Of a DNA stretch of 64,000 nucleotides, positions 26,657 through 39,191 are shown in pieces. The stretch's first letter is position 1. Every line of letters begins with the position of its first letter. A program made the translations under genes and the position numbers. The stretch is from Octopus bimaculoides (taxonomy: Eukaryota). The stretch covers positions 37,130,582 through 37,194,581 of the forward strand of contig NC_068986.1 in assembly GCF_001194135.2 (NCBI RefSeq). Reading direction: 5' to 3'. The notes beneath the pieces are model-generated. The model had not been told where the DNA came from. It did not search any database and saw only the letters and a program-made list of their open reading frames with translations.

Positions 26657-27110
26657 TAGCAATAGAATACACATATTTATTTATATACCATGTAGTTCAC
26701 ACCACAATCACATGGCTATTGTTTATCATTATATTTACTAAGCCACTCATTAAGATTTTTTAAGTTACCTGTCAAAATCATTGTTGTTCTATTCAAATGA
26801 CACTTTCAAAAGACAAATGCAATCTTAATTTTCTACTGAAATTACTTCCTTTGTCACTTCAATAAGTGACACCATTTGTCAACAGTGAGAAATTTTCTCC
26901 ATGACAAAGCACAGTGAATGGCTTGCTTATGAGTTCAAATCTGCCACAAGGATATTTGAATTGGTGATAACATTGCACTTCTATAAGTCTTTTTCTAGAA
27001 ATCATTATTTAGTTGAATATAAAAATGTAACAGTCACCAAGATGCACCACTGCCACCACCACTAAGGTACATGTCCTCAAATTTAGTGGGAAAGTAAGTA
27101 TGACATGAAA

Positions 27111-27358
27111 ATAAATAAATGCACCCTTTTAAAGCCTAGCCAGTCTCATGGGCCCGGTTTCCAGGCTTCAATCTGTTCCCCAGCTGGATGGGATGCCAGT
27201 CCATCACAACGTTACTCATTTTTGCCAGTTGAGTGGACTGGAGCAACGTGAAATGAAGTGTTTTGCTCAAGAACACAATGCGTCGCCCGATCCAGGAATC
27301 GAAACCACAATCTTACGATCATGATGCTGACACCCTAACCACTAAGCCATGTGCCTCC
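27111..27358 (-). mobile_element. SINE family C (tRNA head + V-domain-like core), full length
   Basis: Reverse complement gives ggaggcacatggcttagtggttagggtg (A-box) ..ggtttcgattcc (B-box) ..gtgttcttgagcaaaacac..gtgatggactggcatcccatccagctggg; matches 60234-60479. Confidence 0.9.
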
Positions 27359-27564
27359 CCATGGCATCATAAACCCCCCAGTTAATACGTCATGCATTGG
27401 TAGCAGCAATGGTTATGTCCTCAGGGTGATGATGATGATGTGGATAAATGAAATAACATTATAAATGCAACTTCTCAAGATGTTGATGGAATGACTTAGT
27501 AAAATCATGGGCACAGTCTTTCTTCCATCTTTTCCTCTTTTGATTAACTTTTTATAACGTTTAC

Positions 27565-27995
27565 TAATTTAGGAACAAGGTCATCAATTTCAAGAGGAGG
27601 CAATTAGACAATTGCATCAGCCCCAGTACCAGACTGGGGTTTTATTTTATCGAGGTCAGAGAAAAGAAAAGCAAAGCTGACCTTGGTGGAATTTGAACTC
27701 AGAATGTGAAGAGTTGTAACTAAATACCACAAAGGCATTTTGTCAGACACTCTAATGACTCTGCCAATCCATCAATAATAGTAATTGTTTGTTTCTAATT
27801 TAGGCACAAGGCATACAGTTTTGGGGTGAAAGGTAGGTGGTAGGGTTGGAATCATCAACCCAGTTTGATTGATACTTTACTGTATTGACTCCAGAGGGAT
27901 AAAAGGTAGTGTTGCTATCATCAAGATTTGAACTCAGAATGTAAAGAGAGAGAGAAGAAATACAGCAAAGCCATTTCTTTTCCCCAATGCTCAAC
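27565..27995 (-). mobile_element. Two tandem SINE family A copies
   Basis: Two consecutive aaggc/tca..tttgaactcagaatgt..a..gcc/gcattt..aatgactc/aatgctc units at about 27565-27772 and 27790-27995. Confidence 0.75.
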
Positions 27996-28840
27996 TGATT
28001 CTTCAGATAACAACATCAATAATAAAGATAAGGAGAAACTAACTGATGGTAATAGCAGTTGAAATATGCAAAAGAATTTAATAATGAATGATTATGATGA
28101 TAGAAACATAATCACAATAGAAGTTATAGTTGTTGTTGTTGTGGTGGTGGTGATGGTGGTGGTTGTGGTGGTGGTGTCAGCGGTGGCAGTGATGGCAGCA
28201 GTGGTGGTGGCAGCAGTGGTGATGGCAGCTGTGGTGGTTTTTGGAAACTCATATGATGGTGACCTAAATATATATTGGATTACATAATACCCATTATAAT
28301 ATAATAACTCTTGGAAAGCTGCAGGAAATATGTAAGAATTTGTTGAAAATCCAAATAAAACATTGGCAGAATGTTATTACCATTGCAAATATAGATTGTT
28401 GGTTCACTACAGAATTACAAAAGAAATGTTAGGAAGTAAATTAGCAGATATTTTGGATGAAAGTTGCCATTTCTTTTTCTTTTTTATTATTTGGTTCTCT
28501 CAGCTCAAGAATTATTATTATTGGCTATATTGATTATTGATTCCTAAGAAAAGTATTGTTCAATAGTAATCTTTATTTTATTTTTTAAACATTTTATTTA
28601 TTCATTTATATGTTTATTTGTTGTAAGTAATACAGTTCTACCAAAAAATGGTAGATTGGCAGAATCATTAGATCAGTGGACAAAAAGCCTTGCAGTATTG
28701 AGTTCTAAACCTGAATGTTTTCATTTCAAATCCTGCCAATGTCATTTACCTGACCGTTCATCTTTCCAAGGTCTATAAACTATGCCTTTCATTTTTCTGG
28801 GTTTTATAAGCAGAAGTTCTTGTCAAATAGAAGAAAGAAG

Positions 28841-29164
28841 GACCCCCTTCAGTCATAAAGGGCCATGGGATTGCACCTAGAAAGTTACCCTCCAAGGCAA
28901 TAAGTACCAGTCGGGCAAGGTTGTTTATAAAAGACCAGCAGTCCACCCATGCATACAAGACTCCACTTTCCACATTACCAATGTTATCCAAAGGAAAGGC
29001 AAATGCTGATACAGCTTGGCATCAGTGATGTCACAACTCATTTCTACAGCTGAGTGAACTGGAGCAACATGAAATAAAGTGTCTTGTTCAAGAACACAGC
29101 ACAGGAATCAAACGCACTACCTCATGATTGTGAGCCCAATGCTCTAACCACTGAGCCATGCACC
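28841..29164 (-). mobile_element. SINE family D, full length with tRNA-like head
   Basis: Reverse complement starts ggtgcatggctcagtggttagagcattgggctcacaatcatgaggtagtgcgtttgattcc (A/B boxes); body shared with 17251-17508. Confidence 0.88.
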
Positions 29165-30626
29165 TTCAGATATGGTACTCATTTATTCAACTGATATTGG
29201 TAATTCTTGAGCTTCTTCAAGTGAGAGACTGCAACTGAGAATCTTAAATACACCTTCTTTGAAGAGTTGCCGTTAAGAACAGATGAGAGTATAAACTTTC
29301 ATGGCCACCATATTCTTGAAGATCAGTAATCCCTGGTATTATAAATTTGCAAACGGAAAACAAAAAAAATAATGGAACAATGCCAAGTTGAGTTTTGGGG
29401 TTTTCTTTTTTCTTTTTCTTTTTTTTTTTTTTGTTAAGTTCTTTCACTGAAATTACGTTACTATTAATTTGTCACCAGCCAATCCTCAAACAGTAACTTG
29501 TTCTAGGTTTGACATTTCTAAGAGGCAAAGAATTCAATCTACTCACTTTTTCAGACTTCTTAGCAAGTCTTGGAACATGTTGCAGACACAATATTGTTGG
29601 ACAATATAGTTTTTACATATATAAAATTAGAAATTTCACCTGTCAAGCATAGCAAGTGCCAATGAGATTTGCAACAATATTTATCACACAACAAAGCTGA
29701 ATCAAACACTGAGAACCAGCAACACTGGTATGATCTGATTAGGCTATTAATCTTTTGTTTACACTACATTTCAATTTCTATATTCAGATGATTAAATGTA
29801 AACACCATGCTTGTGTGTATATNNNNNNNNNNNNNNNNNNNNNNNNNNNNNNNNNNNNNNNNNNNNNNNNNNNNNNNNNNNNNNNNNNNNNNNNNNNNNN
29901 NNNNNNNNNNNNNNNNNNNNNNNNNNNNNNNNNNNNNNNNNNNNNNNNNNNNNNNNNNNNNNNNNNNNNNNNNNNNNNNNNNNNNNNNNNNNNNNNNNNN
30001 NNNNNNNNNNNNNNNNNNNNNNNNNNNNNNNNNNNNNNNNNNNNNNNNNNNNNNNNNNNNNNNNNNNNNNNNNNNNNNNNNNNNNNNNNNNNNNNNNNNN
30101 NNNNNNNNNNNNNNNNNNNNNNNNNNNNNNNNNNNNNNNNNNNNNNNNNNNNNNNNNNNNNNNNNNNNNNNNNNNNNNNNNNNNNNNNNNNNNNNNNNNN
30201 NNNNNNNNNNNNNNNNNNNNNNNNNNNNNNNNNNNNNNNNNNNNNNNNNNNNNNNNNNNNNNNNNNNNNNNNNNNNNNNNNNNNNNNNNNNNNNNNNNNN
30301 NNNNNNNNNNNNNNNNNNNNNNNNNNNNNNNNNNNNNNNNNNNNNNNNNNNNNNNNNNNNNNNNNNNNNNNNNNNNNNNNNNNNNNNNNNNNNNNNNNNN
30401 NNNNNNNNNNNNNNNNNNNNNNNNNNNNNNNNNNNNNNNNNNNNNNNNNNNNNNNNNNNNNNNNNNNNNNNNNNNNNNNNNNNNNNNNNNNNNNNNNNNN
30501 NNNNNNNNNNNNNNNNNNNNNNNNNNNNNNNNNNNNNNNNNNNNNNNNNNNNNNNNNNNNNNNNNNNNNNNNNNNNNNNNNNNNATACACGATCATACAA
30601 AACCCTTTTTTTTGTATTTATTTTTA

Positions 30627-30664
<38 letters not shown>

Positions 30665-30665
<1 letters not shown>

Positions 30666-30795
30666 GACGGGCTTCTTTCAGTTTCCGTCTACCAAATCCA
30701 CTCACAAGGTTTTGGTCGGCACAAGGTTATAGTAGAAGACACTTACCCAAGGTTCCACGCAGTGGGAATGAACCCAGAACCATGTGGTTGGTAAG
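30665..30795 (-). mobile_element. SINE family B head and core next to (TA)n and a gap
   Basis: cgacgggcttctttcagtttccgtctaccaaatccactcacaagg.tttggtcggc..gaagacacttacccaagg..cacgcagtggga.tgaacccagaaccatgtggttgg. Confidence 0.88.
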
Positions 30796-31279
30796 AGAGA
30801 AAGAGCAAGGGGGGAGAAGTACCAATATAATATGTATTCATCTGACCCATGCTAGCACAAAAAATAGACATCAAAATGAATGATCAAAGTAAATACATGA
30901 ACGTTTGTAATACAGAGGTTTGCAATGCCATTATCCCAATACAGGAGATGCAAACATACAACAGGAAAAACAACCATTCTGTCATGACATTTTCATTAGA
31001 CATGCTAATTGGTTTGTCAGAGCTTTATATTGCTAAGTATTGTGTATTATCTACAATACAACAGCAGTGACCAGTTTTGATAAATTGCCATCCCTAATCA
31101 ATTTGCCACTATTTTACTTAACCTTCTTTTAATACTTTAAGCCATTCTGTGGTTCCATTAGAGTAAAGAGAAAAAAAGAAGGGAGCTAGTAACCATTTAA
31201 CTTATCACATTTTGTGACAAATCTTTAAATAACACCAAATAGAAAAGCCATCCATCTGCCATAATGTGCTTTCTACTGT

Positions 31280-31490
31280 TGAGCAGGAAAACATGATTGC
31301 TGAACCTGCTAGAAATAGGAGCCAAAATCTCCCTAAAATGTCACATCTTATCATCTTAAGAAATGAGAGGACACAGTCAATGTACTGCGAGATAATCCTT
31401 AAGAGATGTGCTGATACAGGTTGGAATAGCTTTGATCAATAGGTTTTTAATCAGGGCTGATCTGGAGCTAAACATTAACAAAACAACTTC
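31280..31490. mobile_element. Repeat family G copy
   Basis: gaacctgctagaaataggagccaaaatctcccta..ggacacagtcaatgta..ggttggaatagctttgatcaatagg..aatcagggctgatctggagctaaac. Confidence 0.65.
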
Positions 31491-32514
31491 GTCTAGAAGA
31501 CAGTTTCAAATTTTGGTAGAAGGCCAGTGATTTTGAATGGGGAGGGGGGGGGGTCAGTTGATTACATTGACCTCATTGTTTAACAGCTAATTATTCTAAT
31601 GACCCCGACGAAAGGCAAAGATGGCTTGAACAGAATATCAACTCAGATGCAATACCAGGCACTGGCTCTACTGGCTTTTGATAGTTCTGAGCAGTGCCAA
31701 AAAGTTTTATTGCTCTTCTGTAATGGAACTGTAATGACAATGATGTGAACGCGTGAAGATGCTTTTTGACCCTTTGTAATTAATATTATTAAACAATAAA
31801 TATCTGAGCTCTGAGTTCAAATACCTGAGGTGAACTTTGCCACTCAGCTGATGGTTCTTATAATAAAGTATTGTTCTAATAATAAAGTACCAAGCAAACA
31901 CTGGGCTCAATTTATTAATGAACTGAATTTCCCTTCAAAACTTTTTTATCTTTGAACTGAAGTTATAAATAATTATCAAGAACCAAATGAAAGTGAAAGT
32001 AGTATTTTTTTGTGTGTAATTTTAAATGGTTAAAATTACTCTTCCAAATTATAAATTATTTCCGTTTCAACACAAGATCACAATCAAGTAAATTCCTTGA
32101 CAAGTAAGTGCAACTTTGAAATATGATAGTTACTTACTGATTGACCTTTCTGAAAAGAAAACAAAAAAACAATTAAAACCAAAATATTTGATACTATATT
32201 TGAAACTATATTGGCTATTCACTGATTGATCTCTTTTCTATCAATATGAAAAGCAAGATCAATGGTTGTACACTGAAACTGAAGGTTATTCAATACTTGC
32301 TTCATTGATTACATTTAATATGTATTATTAATTTGCCAATTTTACCCATTATCTTCTACTTGCATACTAATCAGCATTATCATCATCACAACCATTATTG
32401 ACCACATGATTCAATATCATAATTAGGCAGTAATATTATTAATGCTACCACCACTAATATTATTATCATTATTGTTCTTATAATCATCATCAATTATTAT
32501 TATTATTATGTTGT

Positions 32515-32710
32515 GGTTAAAAGCAGCAAGTTAGCAGAATCATTAGCAGCATTTCATCCATCTTTACATTCTGAGTTCAAATTCTGCTGAGATCATCTTT
32601 GCATTTCATCATTTTGGAGTTGATAAAATAAGTACCAGTGAAACACTGAGGTTGACTAACCCTTCCCCAAAAACTTCAGGCCTTGTGCCTTTAGTAGAAA
32701 GGATTATTGT
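32515..32710 (+). mobile_element. SINE family A with private deletions (donor of the 34339 duplicate)
   Basis: aagcagcaagttagcagaatcattagcagcatttc..ttctgagttcaaattc (B-box)..ctttgcatttcatc..gataaaataagtaccag..ggccttgtgcctttagtagaaaggattatt. Confidence 0.9.
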
Positions 32711-32749
32711 TATTATTATCATTATTATTATCATTATTATTATTATTTG

Positions 32750-32890
32750 TAATTTAACATCCGCTTTCCACGCTGGCATGGGTTGGACAGTTTGACTGAG
32801 GACTGGCAAGCCAGGAAACTACACCAGGCTCCAAACTGATCTAGCATTGTTTCTACAGCTGGATGCCCTTCCTAACGCTAACCACTCTGG
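32750..32890 (-). mobile_element. SINE family E 3' part
   Basis: tttaacatccgctttccacgctggcatgggttggacagtttgactgaggactggc..tttctacagctggatgcccttcctaacgctaaccactct. Confidence 0.88.
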
Positions 32891-33664
32891 ACTTTTGGAG
32901 AAGCTGTTATTACTTCATAGAGAAAGATAAATGCAAGAAATATGGTGGTTATTTCCTTCTGTAAAAGAATTTTTTGTCAAAAAAATTTAATTTTTTACAT
33001 TTTTGCCCGATACCCCTCGTCAATTCTGTGCCTTCCCACTCCACAGTAAATTTTTACTATTGCACTTGTCACGTGAGATTAATGTAATAGTAAAATAATA
33101 CCAGTTAATCTGCTGAATAGTAAAAATGCAACGTATCTTCTGATGTAAGTCAGCGAGAGAAAACACCTCACCTGTCACTTGAAGAGCAGAGGGGGGGTTA
33201 GGAATAGATGAGTATTATACCACAGCATTTCATTGCAATGAAAATAGAAAGAAGCCACCATATACAAAAATAGAATCTGCCAGATTTAGAATCCAATTGA
33301 AAAAAAAAAAAAATGAAAATAAGGGAGTATGTGAGGGGACAGAGAATGAAAGTGAGAATAGAAGTAAGGGAGAAAGGTAAGACAATGAAAGAAAGAAAAA
33401 GGCATACCAGAAATTTGCAGGCCTAAATATCAATGTAAAGAAACTTAAAACATATGCTGTGTTTAAACTATAAATATATCTGACTTACCTTAGGGAAGAG
33501 AAAGCGGATGTTTGTTTTTTTTAAAGTTTTTTTTAAACATCTCCTACTCCCCTATAGCTACTGAGAATGTTTTTCTTGGTTTCTGCTATACGTTACTGCA
33601 AACAGCGATATGATGTTATATGTGCGTACATATATGTGTGTGCATGCATGTGTGTGTACATGTG

Positions 33665-33702
<38 letters not shown>

Positions 33703-33841
33703 TGTGTATCTGTGTATATATACATACACACACACACTTGCAGCTGTGTACTTTATGCTTACATATGTATGTTTGCATGAAATATATATAAAACAAACAA
33801 GCTGATCTAGAAGTACAATGTGTGTGAGAGAATTATTTTAT

Positions 33842-33900
<59 letters not shown>

Positions 33901-34166
33901 GCATGCACATACATACAGACATACATACATACAATATATTAAGATTCGGGTGAATCAGGCACTTAAATGGTAAAGCATTGGGTCGGGTCAAGACTAAAAT
34001 GTATACACAGCAACTATAGACGAATACAAACGTTGATACAGAAGTACAGGCAGAAAGATATTCAGATTATGTATACAATTAATTGAACCCTACCTAGTAT
34101 ATTACTAGCCCTTGAGCTAATCCAGAAAAGCACACTGTATCAAATATACAGTCCTTAATACATTTT

Positions 34167-34612
34167 GGAACAGGTACTGAGAGCAGTGAATCATAAATAA
34201 ATAACAAACGGCAGATAGGTATACCTATCCATAGTTTGTTATATATATATAGCTAATATATTATTATTAGCTAATAATATATTATTAGCTAATATATATA
34301 TTAGCTACATATTAGCTATATATTAGCTAATATATATATTAGCAGCATTTCATCCATCTTTACATTCTGAGTTCAAATTCTGCTGACGTCATCTTTGCAT
34401 TTCATCATTTTGGAGTTGATAAAATAAGTACCAGTGAAACACTGAGGTTGACTAACCCTTCCTCAAAAACTTCAGGCCTTGTGCCTTTAGTAGAAAGGAT
34501 TATTATTATTATTATTATTATTATTATCGGAACAAGTACTAAGAGCGGTGAATCATAAATAAATAACAAATGGCAGATAGGTATACCTATCCATAGTTTG
34601 TTATATATATAT
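34167..34612. repeat. Complex local duplication: 84-bp direct repeats around scrambled filler and a copy of 32543-32708
   Basis: Repeats at 34167-34250 and 34529-34612 (4 mismatches); filler of tattagcta variants at 34250-34338; 34339-34504 differs from 32543-32708 at 3 positions by eye. Confidence 0.9.
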
Positions 34613-35559
34613 ATATATGTTCATGTGCATACATGTATATGCATATGCACAAGCATATACAATATATATATACATATACACCCACGTTATGTATTACTTA
34701 AGACTTCAAGTTTCACCAACTGGTTTACAAATAAGCTGATAGGCAAAATTGGACGTCCTTATTAACTTGAATTTTAAAATAAACTTGACTCCATTCTCTG
34801 TATAGAGTAACCTCTTCAGCAAATGTCTTTCATATATCTGAGATCAATATACTGGATTAATATATGATTAAAGTTCCCAGTCAAGTATTGAAGACCAGTT
34901 CTTCATTTCTTACCTATCTTTTCCTATCTCTCTTGGAATCAGTTGTGGGCTAGTACAGGAGTTGTGTCACCCCAGCTTATTCATGTAGTAGCAGCAATAA
35001 GGATGAAGTAGTGGTGATGGTGGTGATGTTGGTGACAATGATTGACAATGATGATAATGATAATGATGATGCATAGATATATGTGTGTGTACACTACACT
35101 CCATACTCCATTTACTAAAATGAAAAATGCATGTTACATCTGCACTTATTAGCATACCTATACTACGTACCTTTTCTGTATCACTACCTCAAGTCCCCTA
35201 CTGAAAGTTCTACAACACTTCCAAGATCAAACAAACTCCTATTTATCAAATCTGATCTTTAGCTTTTATAGTTCCTACCATCTTTTCCATATTGCTTTCA
35301 TGCTATAACACATTTATATGCTTGTATGGAAACCATCTGCCATATGATTGCATATCTTCTACGAGTAGATTTAACTCACTGCCTGTTTCTCAAATCAATG
35401 ACTTTTTGGATCAATCAGTATTGAAAACCTTTTCAAAGTCCAAATCTTAGTAAGTACTAAAGACTGTTTCTATTATATTATTTCATGTTAACATACTCTG
35501 TATCAAAATACCTGAAACTAACCAAACTGGTATTTTGGAAATAGTAACATGGTAGCATA

Positions 35560-35752
35560 AATGTGGTGATGATAATGACGGTGGTAGTTGTTGGTGGGAA
35601 TGGTGGCAGCAGCAATGCTGATGCTGGAGGTGGTCATAGCAATGGTTGTGTTGGCCACAATGGATTGGTGATGATGATGATTGATAATGATGATGATGAT
35701 GATGATGATGGTAGTAGTGATGAAAGTGGCAATAGTAGTGGTGATGATGGTG

Positions 35753-35788
<36 letters not shown>

Positions 35789-36140
35789 GTGATGATGGTG
35801 ATGATAGTGATGATGATGGTGATGATGATGATGGTGATGATGATGATTATGATGATGGTGATGATGATGGTGATGATGATGGTGATGATGATGGTGATGA
35901 TGATGGTGATGGTAGTAGTGATGAAAGTGGCAATAGTGGTGGTGATGATGGTGAGGATGATGATGATAATGGTATTAATGGTAGTGGGTGAAAGTGGTAT
36001 GGTGGTGGTAGTAGTAATGGTAGTGGTGATGGCAGCAATGATGATGATGGTGGTGGTGATGATTGGTGGTGATGACAATGACAATAACAATGGTAGAGAT
36101 GGCAGCAGTGGTGATGATTTTAAGGATAATGATGATATTG
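35560..36140. repeat. (GAT/GGT)n compound trinucleotide low-complexity tract with an internal duplication
   Basis: gatgatggt runs; the ggtagtagtgatgaaagtggcaatagt.gtggtgatgatggtgaggat block occurs twice (about 35710 and 35911). Confidence 0.9.
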
Positions 36141-36230
36141 CTTGTAGGCAGAGGTGGCAATGGGAGATATTAGAAATAAATTCTTACTAATTAATTAAAT
36201 TTAAGTAAATAAAAGTATACTTAAAGTAAT

Positions 36231-36634
36231 AGGTGCAGGAGTGGCTGTGTGGTAAGTAGCTTGTTTACCAACCACATGGTTCTGGGTTCATTCCCACTGC
36301 ATGACATCTTGGGCAAGTGTCTTCTACTATAGCCTCAGGCTGACCAAAGCCTTGTGAATGGATTTAGTAGACGGAAACTGAAAGAAGCCCGTCGTATATA
36401 TGTATATATATATATATGTATGTGCATGTATATGTTTGTGTGTCTGTGTTTGTCCCCCCAGCATCGCTTGACAACCGATTCTGGTGTGTTTACGTCCCCT
36501 AACTTAGCGGTTCAGCAAAAGAGACCGATAGAATAAGTACTAGGCTTCCAAAGAATAAGTCCTGGGGTCGATTTGCTCGACTAAAGGCGGTGCTCCAGCA
36601 TGGCCGCAGTCAAATGACTGAAACAAGTAAAGAG
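36231..36634 (+). mobile_element. SINE family B (tRNA head, CORE-like central motif), best-preserved full copy
   Basis: ggtgcaggagtggctgtgtggtaag (A-box) ..gggttcattccc (B-box) ..cttgggcaagtgtctt (resembles the CORE-domain start; octopus OR-type SINEs are known CORE SINEs, assignment from memory) ..internal (TA) tract ..aaatgactgaaacaagtaaagag. Confidence 0.92.
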
Positions 36635-38585
36635 TTTGTTGCGGAAAAAAATATGGAAGACCTGAAACACCACCTATTTTTTTTTTGTGAAAGTCGGGGG
36701 ATTTTCACTGTTGTGTTGAGTTTTGAAACTGTTTGTAGATAGTGTAATGTGGAGAAGATTTTATGGTGAAGTTATTTTTTTTGTGATATTGTAGCAATAA
36801 TGATGTAAGTGATTGTAAGGATATTAAGTAACTTGATGTCTGAATAAGGCATTAAATAATTCCAGTGTTAATGGTGCATTTGACAGATTAAGTACAAACA
36901 CCAGGGCACCAGCCTAAATGTTTTACGATATCTACTTTGGAATGTCATACTTCTGTTTTCAGATTTCAAAAGACTTAATTCATTTTGTCATCTGTCACTA
37001 ATATATTGAAGTCCAGTCTGAAAGTTGTCTGGGCAAAACAAACCAGTATTGACTAAATAATTAGTTATGCCTTTCAAACCATTAAGAGTTCCACTCCAAC
37101 CCCCTAATCAAAGTACATTACTGAATATCCACTGTATATTCTTTGCTTCCCATGCATGCATTCCTTCCACTGATTAATCTGAAACAATTCAAACTGAACA
37201 ACAAAAGCTCTAATCTCATCAGGATATTCCAAACATTCAGTCTAACAAACTTTGGCACTGCTCTTTTTTCTTAAAGTAATAAATAATAATTCAAAAAGAT
37301 TGCATATCATTAACTGACTGTTGGAATATAATTATGCTTTCATGTTGCATTTTTTTTCTTTTTTAAACAAAGAACCACTTAAATTGCTATTTAACCTGAC
37401 AGATGTCTAATATTGTTTCTACAAGCTTCTCAACTTTCCAAAGAGATAAAAGAATTTTTCAATTTTCCCATCTTAACCTTCTTCCTATCAGCCTTTTGTT
37501 GTAGTTTATTTTTTTCAAACCTATACCAATGTGTTCTCTACCCAACTCCATGGCCATTATGGTTTTCACAAACTTCAGATTCAGCCCTAATTGTCACATT
37601 TCATTCAAATCCATACAAGCATATAACATAATAAACTATGTTATTACAAATAAAGCAAAATCTTCATCAACATTGATCTTACAGTAACAGAGAATGCTAT
37701 CCTTCCTTTCCTCCAAATCTGTTCCAGATATTTACTTGATGGTTATTGTTGGAGAAGCTGTATAGAAAGCTTTACAATAATGTACTAAAAAAAATGTGTA
37801 TTTCAAGTTCTTTAGATTTATGTGAGTGCAATCGGAAAAGTATGTTTGTCTGTTGATTATATCTGAATTGCAAATGTCACCTGTGTATTATTAAGTCTAT
37901 GATTCGTCTCATCATTTTCTGCTCTTAGCAGTTGACAGACATAAGTTGCAAGAAATAATCTAAGAGGTTTTTGTACGTTGAGAAAAGATGCCATCATTTG
38001 GCATCATCTTCATTATGATAGTATCAAGAAGAAAAATGCCATTATTTGAAAATGGCATCAGTGTTTAGAGATAGGAATGTAGAACTGAAAGAGAGAAAGA
38101 GAAGGGTGGGGAGAACAGGGAGGTAGAAGAATCAAAATGGTTGGGAAAATGTTAAATGTTATTTGGGAGATATGATTATGGATAACATCAGCAAATCTCT
38201 TATCTTAATATTTTTATGGATTTTTTTCTTCAAAATTTTCTTTTCTAGCAAAATTTTCTTTCACTTGCAAAATTCCAAATAATGGTGAAGTTACACAAGC
38301 AAGAGGAAATAATAGAATTCAGTAGAAAAGTTTACAGTGATTGCAAGGAATGGAAAATTTGAATGAAAGAACCAAATTCTTTACCATACCAGCTTTTATA
38401 TAAACAAATAAAATAATGAAAAACAAGAAGAAAAAATACAAAGAGCATGCTCTATCTAAATAATATGCAAAATGTCTGAGGCTGTATTGCAGCAAGTTTT
38501 GTAGCGTAAGTGCAAAAAATCTGCAAAACAACAATGGAATCATGAATTTGGTCTACTCCATGTGCATGTAATGTTCTTATCTATT

Positions 38586-38790
38586 CTAAGCACAAGGCCC
38601 AAAATTTCTGGGGAGGGGGGGCATTCAATTAGATCGACTCCAGTACGCAACTGGTACTTAATTTATCAACCCTGAAAGGATGAAAGGCAAAGTCGACTTC
38701 GGCAGAATTGGAACTCAGAACGTAAATACAGACGAAATACCACTAAGCATTTCGCCCGGCGTGCTAACATTTCTGGCAGCTCGCAGCCTT
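38586..38790 (-). mobile_element. SINE family A, well-preserved full copy
   Basis: Reverse complement: aaggctgcgagctgccagaaatgttagcacgccgggcgaaatgcttagtggtatttcg..ttctgagttccaattctgccgaagtcgactttgcctttcatcctttcagggttgataaattaagtaccag. Confidence 0.92.
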
Positions 38791-39149
38791 TTTCACTCGG
38801 CATGCTAATGTTTCCATATGCACGTAATGTTGAGTGAGAGATGTTTAGCATAAATGAATAGTAAAAATAATCAGATGTTAAAGGCACTGACAGAAATATA
38901 CAGAAAAGAGAATAATATTGGTTCATGAAGGAGATGCAAAATGAGGTGTCTTATGAATGCTGGTTGATAAAATGCAATGTGTTAACGGTGGAAGGTAGTA
39001 AAAAAAAGTTAGGTTTACAAGGAAATAATTAGGACAAACTTGTAAAGACATGCTGTACTTGCAGATCTTTCCAATTCATAATATGGGGCGGGGGGAGGGG
39101 AATTCAAATTCATAATGACATGAGTAAATCAATGAATCTCTCTCTCTTT

Positions 39150-39191
<42 letters not shown>

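Noticed and set aside
34167-34612. CRISPR-like or LTR interpretation of the direct repeats
   Set aside because: Only two repeats, a eukaryotic context, no TG..CA ends, PBS or PPT, and the interior is a copy of nearby DNA.
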